Assembly (NCBI GenBank): GCA_000182565.2
Contig: KQ257461.1
Reading direction: 5' to 3' (one strand)
DNA from: Spizellomyces punctatus DAOM BR117
Lineage: Eukaryota
Length of the DNA stretch: 41,955 bases
Part shown: piece by piece, positions 13,176-25,900 of the stretch
Layout of the letters: the number at the start of each line of letters is the position of its first letter
Numbering within the stretch: position 1 is the first letter of the stretch
Notes under the pieces: generated by a model
Seen by the model: the letters and a program-made list of their open reading frames with translations, nothing else
What the model was told of the DNA's origin: nothing
The model's database searches: none
Translations under genes and position numbers: made by a program

Positions 13176-14897
13176 ATGAATACGCTTACGGCCATCCTGG
13201 TCGCACTTCCGCTTTTGGCTGTGCCAATTCCGTTCCTCTACGCACGCTCTCTGCCAGCCCTTAAAAAACAGGAACTTTTGTACAAACTCTTCTGCTCCCC
13301 ACTGGGATATTACATGACGTTATTTGCACGAGATCCCGATGCAGTGCCACATAGACAGGTGCGGAGTGTCAATAAAAAGGATGGACAGGTCAAAGTGGTG
13401 CCTGTGCCCTATGGAGAAGACAATTATGGGTATATAATTGTCAACGATGCAGGTTGGTTGAATGGTTGTGCATCTTGATAGTTTTCGAATGTTAACCATA
13501 TTTGTAAAAGTCGCGGTGGTAGTAGATCCTGGAGGTATCAAAATCTTGCCATAAGATCTAATTAAGACGACTCTAATCTACCTGATTGTAGATGCCCACA
13601 GGATTCAGCAAGTGCTTCAAGCGGAAGCGCCAAACGTCCAGTTACATGCTATCCTCGTCACTCATAAGCATTGGTATGCAATAGGCGAAAAAATTCAAAC
13701 GCATTTCGAAGCCGCTTGTCAATACTCAATCATTACAGGGATCACACTGCAGGAACCGCCAGCCTAAAGGCCAAACACAAGAATGTAAAAGTTTATGGAA
13801 GCACAATAGACTTTTCAGACTCTTGGGTAAATTGGTGGTGGAAAGTGGATCATTTTGTGAACGATGGTGAGACCATTGTGGTAAGGTGCAGGATGGATTC
13901 CCAGGCCGGAGCAATTGCGAATCACTGATGAGCGATGTAGGTGGGCGATATGCGATTCCGTGTGATTGCTACACCATGTCATACAAGGGGTATGGTCTTT
14001 GCTCTCAACGTCTGCAGGGTCAACGCTGCATTCGAGGTTACTGATGAGGTTGTCATGCTGGCAATGCGACAGGCAGCGTCATGTATTTATTAGAACCAAG
14101 CCCTGGTGATACGGCGGGTCAATCTAGACAGCGATCTATAATTTATTCAAGTGACGATGAAGATGACGCACCAGTAGCCCCTCATACCGCTGTTGAGGAT
14201 GAACCATCATTGTTCACAGGGGACACTCTTTTTATAGGAGGTTGCGGTAAGTAGCTTTTGAGCTGTTCTTGAATATAAGCACGGCTCGTTTAAATGAACA
14301 TGACTTAAATCAGGAAAGTACTTTGAAGGCGATGCGGTTGATATGTACAGTGTCATCGAGAAATTGAGACCGCTGCTAACCGCGCAGACCCTAGTTTGGC
14401 CCGGACACGAGTGAGGAATCGTTTTACTTTCAACCGTCAGTTCTGGTGCCGGTCATTGCTGACGCAGTGTGCGCGTTCATCGCAGATATGCAGAAGCCAA
14501 CCTCGCTTTTGCTCGCGAGCTTGAAACAGGCAATATGACCCTGCAGGTATTTGCATGTTTCACCAGTACACCCATCTGAATGTTGACTCAAGTATGAACG
14601 CATGTGGAACATTAGCTCAAACATCAAGAAGCAAAAGATGCCACTTACCATCGGTACGCGACGGTTCCCTCCACCTGGAGCGACGAATCTTCGTATAATC
14701 CATACCTCAGAATCGATACCCGTGCAAGAAGGGGCGAACTGTGGCGGAACGTGCTGCGAGTGGCCGAGTATAAAGATAGGAAACGTGTAGAAGCCTCAGT
14801 ACGGGAGAAATTAGGCGACACGACCGAAAATGAAGTGGCAGTCGTCATTGGTTTATTGAGGATTTTAAAAGATGGGTGGAAAGGACCTTCTACATAG
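13176..14897 (+). CDS. Glyoxalase II-family metallo-beta-lactamase with N-terminal membrane anchor (PNKD/HAGH-like), multi-exon
   Basis: VKVVPVPYGEDNYGY, VVVDPG (24-nt exon 13511-13534), THKHW|DH, TPCHTRG, LFTGDTLFIGGCG|KYFEG, WPGHE|Y, TVPSTWSDESSYNPYLR, LLRILKDGW, TAG at 14895-14897. Confidence 0.9.
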
Positions 14898-15660
14898 AGA
14901 GCATTTGTAAAAAAAACACATTGACACTCAAACGTTAGTACTTGACAACCTTAGCCTAGCAATTGGCTCAGTGGTAAAAGGCTCGAATGATCACCATTTC
15001 GAACCTCAACTTGCGCAAATTACAGTCACTCTAGACAAAGTTTTCTTGCATGGAGGTGATCTGGCTGGTCTGCACCTGCAGACTTGACGATTTGCTATAG
15101 AAAAACGTGTCCGTTTGAGGCGCTCTGTGACATATCACCGGCAGAGCAGTTATAGGTATGACGCGGATATTTTTTTCAATAAGTGGCCAGTCACTGTTGT
15201 TGTTGGTTCAATATTGCTTCCAATATTGCTCCCCAATAAAAGTCCATGTAGCCAAACTACCTTGAGATTAAGTTAAAAAACAAGGTTGAATTTAAGATAC
15301 GTTCTGCATGTGGAATTTAGAATGGGTCGCGTGTTACACATTTAAACTCAGCGTGGCTTAGGATTTATAAACCCAAAAACAGCAACATTCGCCCCTTATT
15401 TGTTTCGGATCAGCAGTCATCACCATTCAAAGCCCCCCCTTCCTCGCGTGTTTTTCCCTAACCCACCTGCCCTCTCCGCCGCCCTTCCCCATTTTTACTA
15501 CGTTTTTGAGGGGGTGGAGATCACGCCATTGAGGTTGTCCGTCGTTCTCTTCCGTTTTGCGAACTCGCCTTTTTGCGGAATCTCTTTGAAACGCAAGCTG
15601 TCTGAAGATCACGATTGAAGGAGGGTCCGGTTGTTTCTGTCGCGTCCGTTGGAAGTCACC

Positions 15661-17355
15661 ATGTGGGATCAGTATGGTGGGCATCAGCAGGCGGTGGGTT
15701 ATGGGGACCAGAAGACGACATTATGGATGGGTGATTTGGAACCTTGGATGGACGAGAATTATATTAGGCAGCTTTGGTAAGTGGGTCCCCCGATCGGCTG
15801 ATCTATACTCGTGTCAAAGGCACGTCAGTACACTTGCTGATTGCTGGTTTCTGTTATGGTACAGGATGTCTTTGGGAGAGACAGTGAACGTGAAGATGAT
15901 CAGAGACAAGATCACCGGGTATGTAGTACCTGGCTGGGAGCCGGCTTTCTATCGTTGACATTACTGTATCCAACCGGGCCAAACTGACATGCCTGTCTAG
16001 AGGAAATGCGGGATATTGTTTCGTAGACTTCATGAATAACGGTGCTGCTGTTAAGCAATTGAATAGCGTCAACGGAACATTGATTCCAGGAACAACTCGG
16101 ATCTTCAAGCTGAATTGGGCGTCTGGCGGAGGGTCAGTGATGATTTTCTTATCTTCCATGTTTTGGTGGTTGAGAATACAGGAGCTGACTCAAAGTTTGT
16201 AGGAGTGATGACAGGGGACCAGAATACTCAATTTTTGTGGGTGATTTGGGGCCGGAGGTGACAGATTTCATGCTGCTGGTACGTCTGTATGAATCGAGCG
16301 ATTCGGCGGTGGTCAAGCTGATCCTCTTGATTTCAGTCAACGTTTCAAGGTAGGTATATGACCTGTAAGTCTGCAAAAGTCGTAACCGATCCGAGTACCG
16401 GCATGTCACGAGGTATGTGCTTGAGAAATCTGACTTGTTGGGTTGCCCTCACGATACTCAATTGTTGCGTCTGCGACAGGATATGGATTTGTCCGATTTG
16501 CCGATGAATTGGAGCAGCAGCGGGCTATGGCAGAGATGCAAGGGCAATATTGTGGGTCCCGTCCCATGCGTATTTCGCCGGCCACCCCGAAAAACCGGCC
16601 TGTAGGGGCTGAACCTCGAATGGCGCAACCCATGCAAATGCCGCAGCAGGCCTATTACCAGCCTCCTCCACAGCAGCCGCAAGTACAGCCAGTTCAACCA
16701 TATAATCAATTCAATGATCCAACCAATACGACCGTCTTTGTTGGCGGTCTCAACACGCAAATAACCGATGAAGAACTAAGGAGGTAAATATAAATTGAAG
16801 ATCTAATGTTACTTTCCAGAGCACTGATAAGATTCTTTTATAGCTTCTTTGCTCCATTTGGTGAGATTATTTACACTAAAATTCCCCCCGGAAAGCAATG
16901 TGGATTTGTGCAGTTCGTGCACAGGCAAAGTGCCGAGCTAGCCATTCAGCAAATGAACGGGTTTATGATTGGTAATATACGTGACTTTAACGCATGCGTT
17001 TGTCTTGGCAATGACTTACACAGATTCCCTACCCATACTAGGAGGCTCTCGAGTCCGATTATCGTGGGGTCGATCGCAAGCAGCTGCTAAAGGTGACTAT
17101 CGACCTCAAGTTGGACCGTACGGTCAACCAATGGCGATGCCAGCATCTCCGTACGGTGCGCCGGTCGCTCCGTATGGTGGTGCAGCGCCTCATGTCATGG
17201 GCGGGCCAACTGGCACCGCATCTCAATTGACAGAAGATCCGCTGCAACCTGTTCCTGTGGAGCGATCTAATGAGAACTACGTTTCGCAACAGGAGGAGCT
17301 CCTTGAACGGACTGATCTTGATAACGGATGGAGACAGCAAGTGTATGCACAGTGA
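15661..17355 (+). CDS. Three-RRM RNA-binding protein, Nam8/Ngr1/TRNAU1AP family, multi-exon
   Basis: TTLWMGDLEPWMDENYIRQLW, NAGYCFVDF, FKLNWASGG, EYSIFVGDLGPEV, SR|GYGFVRF, DPTNTTVFVGGL, KIPPGKQCGFVQF, RVRLSWGRS. All splice phases are consistent. Confidence 0.92.
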
Positions 17356-18236
17356 GCGCGGGTTTCTCCGCGATAATGCTAATGGCAACTCCACGTGAAC
17401 TGGGACTGTTTCCTAATTTCGGCGCTTTGCCATGGACGTGGGGTCAAGGTCTGGTCTTTTTGATTTTTGTCACTCGTATTTAGTGCATCAGCTTTCTTTT
17501 TTCTGTTGTGTTTTTTTCGGGGAGGTCATTGTCCTCTATTGTATTATACAGCCATGAGATGCAATAATATGGGTGCTATTTCCAATTGTCCATGTTCCTT
17601 TTTCAACACTTGTTCGATGATAACCGTGCTGTTCGCCGAGTGCGTCATGAGCAAATCCAAATTCCGCAATAAAAAATTACAGTTTTTGACTCGCGCGCGT
17701 GGATGGGCCATCCGTCCGCCTTCCGTTCAGACACTGTGGGGAGGCGTCATTTTCAGGATTCCAACCGGAAGCATTCCAAAGCCACGCGTGCGCGCACCTC
17801 CATCAACCATTGGCTAGATTTCATTTGAAACTGGGAAGATTCTCTCCTCTAAAACCTTAATCTTTACACGTGATTTTAAGTCCTTCTTTTGGCCACTCTT
17901 TTGCAGCTGTTTCGTTTTTTTTTTCTTGTTCAGAAGTGAACTTACGTTTATAAAAGCCGTCCGTTTGGGGAGGTTTTCCCGACACCTTTACATCACACGT
18001 GTAGCTGCTGCTCAAGGTTATTCGAGTCGACGCTGTGACGCTCGATTCAGCCTTTTTCCCTCGTGCGACATCTGTTTCCCTTTTGCTGAGGCAAACTTGG
18101 AAACGGTCGTTTGCAAGATAAAAGAGTTGTTTTACTCTTTACGAATGCGTAGTTGTTGTCGATACATGATTGCCGTCGTCGAAGCCCGTCACCTATTGCG
18201 TACCACGTCCGAATCTCCGATTGATTAACATTTGCT

Positions 18237-21200
18237 ATGGCTGCCAAGAAGCAGCTAAACCAGGCCGGCGACGACGGTCTGAGGAACGACACGTACCTGT
18301 TGGATGTTGAGGAGGTTGTTCAACACCTCGACACCAACCTAGAAAAAGGTCTCACCGCTGATGAGGCCCAGAAAAGGATCTCAAAATATGGGGAGAACAC
18401 GTTGGGAATGGACGCGGGTGTGTCCATCTGGAAGGTGTTTATAGCCAACTTGATCAACCCGATGAACTTTGTTTTGATTTTGGCATTGGCCTTGTCGTGC
18501 ATTGTCAAAGATTGGGTATGTTCATAAAGTGTTGTCGTTTGTATGACTGGGTTCTGACACGCATTTGATGCAGGTTCAAGCTTCCGTACTTGCCGTGGTG
18601 ATTGCTACAAACACTGCTATCGGATTCGCCCAAGAGTACAGCTCGGAAAATACCATGGCTGCATTGAAAAAACTGTCAGCTCCCACTGCCACCGTCTACA
18701 GATCTGGCAAACCCGAGACAATTTCTAGTCGTGAAGTAGTTCCCGGTGATATTGTTGCTGTGGAAGAAGGGGTAGGTTTTGATTTACGTACAGCGCTATG
18801 CTCGCTGTTGCAACCGCACATTGCTGATGTTTTCATCTACAGGATCAAATCCCTGCCGACTTGCGTCTATTTGAAGTGGTCAACCTCGAGATTGATGAAA
18901 TGCTCTTGACTGGCGAGTCTATGCCCGTCCGAAAGATCGCCGACCCACTTGTTGCGCCTTCTGATGGATACATTTCAGTTGGAGACAGAATCAACTTGGC
19001 ATTCAGCAGTACTACAGTCACTCGTGGTCGTGGAAAGGGTATCGTTGTTGCCACTGCCCTGCGTACCGAAGTTGGTAGAATTGCCAAGCTTTTGAATGAT
19101 GGAGGAAACGCTGGAGGTCAGGAATTTGAAGAAAAGGATGACACCACCAAAGGAACTATTCTTCGGTTCATCAGAAAGCTTCCTGGGTTCAAGAAAACGA
19201 ACAAAACGCCTCTCCAGAGAACGTTAGATCGCATGATGTTCTTGCTACTCGCTATTTGCGTGGTCCTTGCTGTGTTTGTGTTCTGGTCAAACGACTGGGA
19301 GTGGTCTGAATCTGTTGCCCTATATGCTGTGGCCGTTGGAGTCGCTATCATTCCCGAAGGTCTCCCAGCTGTTGTCACGGTTACCATGGCTGTTGGTGTG
19401 CGCTCCATGGCCAAACAAAAGGCTGTCGTCCGAAAACTTGTATCTCTCGAAGCGATTGGAATGGTGACCAACATTTGCAGTGATAAGACGGGAACCTTGA
19501 CCGAAGGAAAGATGACCGCAAAAGAATGCTGGGTTGCCGGACAATCTCTCATTGTGGAAGGCACTTCGATCGATCCTACCAATGGTGGGGTCGCTCGTGA
19601 TGGAAAGCTGTTAACGACTGAAGATATTGAAAAGGACCGCGTGCTTAATGAATACTTTTCGTGCGCCGCCCTTTGCAACCAGGCTTCCCTTACAGCGCCC
19701 GAAGACCCCACCAGCACTGACCTGTCCAAAACCACTTGGACCGGTATTGGCGATCCTACCGAAGTCGCTCTTCAGGTTTTGGCCCACCGAGTCCACATGG
19801 GCAAGCCAGATCTTTTGGAGAAGCTAAAGTGTACCTTTGTCGCCGAGATGGCTTTTGACCCCACCTTGAAGCGTATGACTACGATCTATGCGATCTCCAA
19901 CAAGGAGGGTACTTACCAGCTTAAATACCACATGAAAGGAGCATTGGAACGTGTTCTTGAATGCTCTACCGGCTACTACGACTCTGAGGGTAACGTGCAA
20001 GACATGGACAACTCGATTGTCGAGCGTTCTCAGCAAGCGATGGAAGCGTTGGCTGACAAGGGTCTTCGTGTACTTGCTATTGCTCACCGTGACGAACAAC
20101 ATGGATCTAAAGATCTCCCTGTTTACGACGTGGTGAGCGACCGTCATCATGTGGAGCAGAATATGACATTCATCGGTCTAGTCGGTATTTATGACCCGCC
20201 ACGTGCTACTTCTGCGTCGGCCGTCAAAGTTTGCGGTGAAGCTGGCATTGATGTGCATATGGCTACGGGAGATCACGCCAAAACCGCCACTGCTATTGCT
20301 CAACAGATTGGTATCCTGAAACCCGGCCAAGACCACCTCGTGTACACAGCCAACCGGTTTGATAACATGACTGATGCGGAAATCGATGCGATGCCCCAGC
20401 TACCTCTGGTGCTAGCGCGCTGCTCGCCTGAAACCAAGGTGAAACTTGTCGCCGCTCTTCACCGTCGTGGAAAGTTTGTTGCCATGACAGGTGATGGTAC
20501 CAACGATGCCCCTGCCTTGAAATCGGCGGATGTCGGTATTGCCATGGGTCTCATGGGCTCTGATGTCGCCAAGGAAGCGTCTGAAATCGTTCTTACGGAT
20601 GACAACTTTCAATCGATCGTTGCTGCAGTTAGGGAAGGGCGTAGGATCTTTGCGAATATTTGCAAGTTCTCGCTCAACTTTTTGAGTGGAAACGTATCCG
20701 AAGTCATTTCCATGGTCGTTGGATTGGCGATTCGCGGTAGCGATGGGGCTGCCTACTTTCCCATGTCAGCAATTCAGGTCTTGTGGCTCAATATGATTAC
20801 CAGTTCGCCCATCTGTCTCTGTCTAGGTGAGTTTATACTACATCAATCACTTCTTGGAAGCAATAGCTCACCTTCTTTTTTAATCGCCAGCTCGTGAATT
20901 GGCGGCTAAAGACATTATGCAGCACCCTCCCCGTGGGCAACGTGCCATTAAAGAGCATCAGGATCGTATTGACAGTGGAGTCGACGCCGGCACTGCTGGC
21001 CCAGCCCCCAAAGCGAATACGTCCATTTTCACCAAGCGCTTCATGGTGGACGTGTTCTTCTACGGTACGCTAGCAGGTACGCTCTCCCTCGTATCCTTCA
21101 TCATCTCCCTTGCCGCCGCGCCCAAAGGACTCCACGGATACAGCGGTGACCTTTGCGCTGGACACGACTATATTGAATCTGAATGCAAAGAAGTCTTTCA

Positions 21201-21555
21201 AGCTCGTGGCGCGGCCTTTATGGTCTTGAACACGATTCTTCTCGTTCATGGATGGAACTGCCGTCGTGAGAAGGAGTCTACCCTCTTTGGCTACGACTCG
21301 CATCCCAAGAACAACTGGGCCCTCTTTTGGGCTATTGTCGGTGGATTCGTTATCACACTCCTTACGCTGGTGATACCTGGCCTGAACACCAAAGTCTTTT
21401 CTCAAGAGATGTTTGGATGGGAGTGGGGTTTGGTTGCTGCATCGGTGGTTATTTTCTTGGCTGGTTCTGAGCTTTACAAGCTTGTCAAGAGGAACTTGGC
21501 GAGGAAAAGGGATTTGAAGCGGTCGGTTAGCCATGATTCGATCGAGATTGCATAG
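18237..21555 (+). CDS. ENA1: ENA-type (P2D) Na+/K+-exporting P-type ATPase; exons approx. 18237-18515, 18573-18771, 18843-20827, 20891-21555
   Basis: DEMLLTGES, IIPEGLPAV, ICSDKTGTLT phosphorylation motif, WTGIGDPTEVALQVLA, GLVGIYDPPR, ARCSPETKV, MTGDGTNDAP, VLWLNMITSS. These are subtype motifs of ENA rather than SERCA or PMC pumps. Confidence 0.9.
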
Positions 21556-22942
21556 ATGGGAAGGGATGGGGGTGGGGAGTCTTTACCAATTATATACTAC
21601 GGAACTTACAGTAGGGGTGTATGTACACGACGAACTTTATGCAATGTGTTAGGATAGGAATAAAAGTCAAGGGACTATGTATTGAATGGCGCTTAATGAT
21701 GATTGTATGGACATGAAAATATATGCCCCCTTGCCAGGCAATATGGATCCCCTTGTGGCATTTACAGCATCAAATCAAGGGCGATGACAATAACTTGTTT
21801 CTTTTCAATATCCGTGCAGGACCACAAAGATTAGAATGTGAAATTAGAAGAAGTTCCAAATGACCAGGTTAAATATTTTCTGTGTAGGCAGATATGCGAG
21901 GTAACCAAAAACAGATCAAGATTGAAACTTCCAATTCGAGAATATAGGAATCCAGCTTTGGCCATATTCTCACAATCCAAGTCTAGTACTTGGGAGTGCA
22001 TCCTACGACGGGCTAGGGTTAGGGTAAAACCTGTAATACCGTAATATGATGGATATGATGGCTACCCATGCAACTTATCCTCTCCCCAGCTAATTTAACA
22101 TGGAATTGCCAGATTATCTTTCTCGCTTCCAAAAGTTACCTTTATTACTTTTTCTCTCTGCGGCATTATTGTCTTTTCCCGCAATAGTCTTTGGTGGACC
22201 CTGACTGCACAAAAACGCTTTCATAGTTTTGATCATTCTGGTTAACTTGATTCTGATCGTTTTACTATTATGTGATTTTGTCGTCCCATTTAGGATTGGG
22301 GTACGGTTATATTTATTGCTTGTTTCTAGTGTGTCGTGAGAGGGAGGTGATGGGGAGGAAAACATGGGTTTGGGAGGAGAAAAGAGGAGATTATGAACAG
22401 CGATATGAACAGTAGTAAAAAGGTAAATGAAACTGGATATGACAACCCAATGCACACTCTTTTTGCTTACGTACCATCCTAGTTTTCTCGCATTTTCCGG
22501 AATGACTAAAAAGAAAACACTCTTGGGTTGTAAAAAAATAACAATAACCAAAATAGCTATGGTTCTAATCAAGATAGCCTTACAGAACGGGAGCATATTG
22601 ATATCCTTGGGGAGATTTCAATGACGTTATGGGTATTAAAGGAAAAGGAAAATGTTGCTCAAAATAGTCACATATCCTCACATGCATTGTTTTCAAAAAA
22701 GCGGGGTGTCGATCGTTTAGATTGATACTTGTGTGTGGTTGATGCTCGCCTTTTTGCTTTTGAGACTTTTCTGACGAAGCGCGCTCTTGTTGAAAAGTGG
22801 ACTTTGCAAAGGGGGGGTTGTCCCAACCTTGGTTTTCTTTTTGCCGCCATTATTGGCTCATCATCCTTTGTCGTTTCTTTTGGTTTTCCTTTTTTTTTAT
22901 TATTTCCTGTTTTGTTCAACCTTTTGCAACTCCCCACAAGAC

Positions 22943-25900
22943 ATGCATAGATCCGGGTCATTTACAATGACCATGCCTGATGTCCGACATTCACTATCTA
23001 CGAGTCCATCCCTAGAGTCTCTGGACTATGGTTCACATGGACGAACCAGTATATCGTCAGCGAGTTCCACACGTCCAAGAATACCCACGGACTTGTCGGC
23101 CGAGAAAGCCTTGGTGGATGTAGACCCTATCGCCGCGATCCGAGCCGTACGAACCAAACTCCGTACACAACCGATACAAGATCCCGAATTGGCTGAACTG
23201 GAACGTCAATTAGCACATGAGAGAGAACGGAATAAAGTGGAACGAGAGCGACGGCGGACGGAGCACTTGGAGGTTCATTTGGAGCGACGGGCGACGATTT
23301 CTGTTTGGCATAGTAAGGTTGTTGATTCCATGACTAAATTGAAGCAGTGGGAAAGGGATAGTCAGATGCGGATTATGAAGAGGGAGAGTGAGCGAGAGTT
23401 GGATAGGGAGCGATATCTTTCGGAACGGAGACGAGAGTTGGAAAAGAAGCGGAAAACATTGCGGAGACGAGCGGTAAGTCTTTTGATCAAGTGGACTAAG
23501 CCAAAATGTTGGGTAGTTGAGTGGTCTGGCTTTTGGGGGGTTTTTGTGTGCAGATTCTTTTTGCACAATTCCTCCTTTTAAGCTTGACCAAGAACTGCTT
23601 GTCAGCAGTTTCGTCAAAACAACAAAAGGGGAGAGGGGCTAGTTTTTGGCCCACATGCCGCCAGCACGGCTGAAGTGCAAACACCCCGTCACGGCTAGTT
23701 TGTATGGTGCCGGTCGACGCTTGCCTCCTCTATGGAGATCCAATGTGGGGTGTGCCCTTGCACACACAAGCCGAATACCTAAACCCACTATTGGACGACA
23801 AGGAGGGTTATGCACCAAACGACGAGGAAGGGGGGAGGGGTGTGGGTGGAATGGCAGGAACCGAAACACCTACCCGCCGCATGTCATTATCATTTCATTA
23901 CCTAAAACTTTTTTTTTCTTCAATGACCTCTTTATTTTATCCTACCCACCACCATCATCATCATTACAATCGACACAAAAAGACCAAACGAGAGAAAAAG
24001 TACGTGCTTCAAACCGCGGAATTCTACGGCGCAGATTTTTCCGCCCCCACCGAAAATCCCGAAATTGCCAAACTCCATCACCGACATCCTGTGGATAAAG
24101 TCCAATTAGTCGAACAAGAGCGTGCTAGGGCTGCGCAAGGCAGTGTCTTTATTACTGCTTTGAATAATATTGCGTTGAGTCGGTCCCATGATTGGGCTGC
24201 CGGTGATGGAGGAGGAGAGAGTTTGGATGTACGGGACGACGAGAGTGGAGGGAAGCGAATGCTTGAAGGGGATAAAGGGGTAACGGGTCTTGCTCTAACG
24301 GGACTACTTCCAACAGCTGTCACATCACCCGTCCCGGCAGCTCCACCCCCACCTCCTAAGAAATGGACAGAGGCCATGCGTGAGCGGGTTCCTGTGCTGG
24401 ACTACTCGGATGTGTTTCCAGAGGATGTGGGACGGAGAGAGGGTGTCACTGTTTTTCGTATCGAGTCGCTTAAACCCGTTATATTGCCCGATGACCTTTT
24501 CGGAAGTTTCTGCGTTGCGGATTGTTACATTATCTTACACTCGGTGCTTAAGCATGATCGACAAGCATGGATGTACGATGACGAAGGGGACGCGATGGAA
24601 CATAAGATATGGGTATGGATAGGAAGCGAAGCAGAAGTCGATAAACGGTTTTGCGCAGCCATGTTTTCAACAGGACTTCGAAATTGGATTGGAGCCAAAG
24701 GGGGTGTGGAGCGAGTTTCGGATGATGATTCCAGTCCGACTTTTTTGGCCTTGTTTTCCGATCGATTTAGGACGGAGGATGCGACTGAGGCGACTGAGAG
24801 TGGGTTGTTTGTTGCGGAGCAGAAACGGTACCCATTGCGTTTGTACATGCTTTGCGGGAACAGGGATATCCGATTACGATTGGTAAAACAACCTTTTTTT
24901 TTCGCTTGCCATGACTCTATTTGTCTCTTATTGATACCTTTTTATTTTCTAGCGCGACCCAGCATTCTGGTCACTAAAATCCGATGCAGTCTTCCTCTTG
25001 GACTGGGGATTAGAAATCTTTCAGTGGAACGGTAGCAAATCCAGTCTCCATCAACGCGCAAAGTGCCGAATATTGACTGATAGGATTAACCGACTTGAAC
25101 GAGTTGGCCGAGCCCATGTGGAAGAGATTGAAGAGTGGGGGGAACCACAGCGGTTTTGGGAGATTTTGGGGGGTGAGCGAACGGAATTGGATGCTGCTGA
25201 GGATCACGAAGCGGATGCTGCATCTGAAGAAGCCATGTTTAAGCGGATTGCAGAGTCCCCTGCGACGCTTTATAGGGCGTTTGAGGACTTGTCTGAGGAT
25301 GTAGCGAGTCATGTCGTGTCGAATGGGAAATTGAAGAGGGGCATGTTGGTCTCGGATGCTGCCTATGTCCTTGATGCGGGAGTAGAACTCTTTTTGTGGA
25401 TTGGGAAAGCTGCTTCGATGGATTTGCGGGCGTCTGCTACAGAACTGCTTGCGGTATGATTTCTAGAGTTTGTTGCTATTGCGTCAAGTGGTTTTTTGTC
25501 TAAATCGATATCTTTATAGAGGGTTGCTCCACTTCAGAAACGACCGAAATGGGTCGGCCTCCATCGTCTCATACAAGACCACGAATCCGAAGTCTTTAAA
25601 CTCCGATTCCCAGACTGGGAAAGCACGGCAGCTGACGTCAACTGGGAGGAAATCAAGGACCAAACCTCTGGGCGGTTCAAACGATCCAAATCCGCTGGTG
25701 GGATTCGTGTGGATGTGCGGGCCCTCTATGCGAACCCTCCTCAAGAGTCGACTGTAACGGGCATTGAAGACACGATTGCACATGCTAATGCCTTGTTACA
25801 AACGTTTTCTGCGTTTGTGTACCAAAAGGGGCGGTTTGTCCAATTACCTGATGAGGAGCGTGGACATTTCTTTACGGATGATGCGTACGTGTTTTTATGC

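Noticed and set aside
14957-15017. tRNA-like A box (TGGCTCAGTGG) with downstream TTCGAACC
   Set aside because: The D-stem partner is absent, A-to-B spacing is ~10 nt too short, and no acceptor or T stem forms.
22114-22596. 160-aa minus-strand ORF in the intergenic region
   Set aside because: No family motif and composition typical of AT-rich non-coding DNA. It cannot be supported as a gene.
23671-23673. In-frame TGA read as selenocysteine
   Set aside because: Not in a redox motif, no SECIS recognised, and an intron explains it better.
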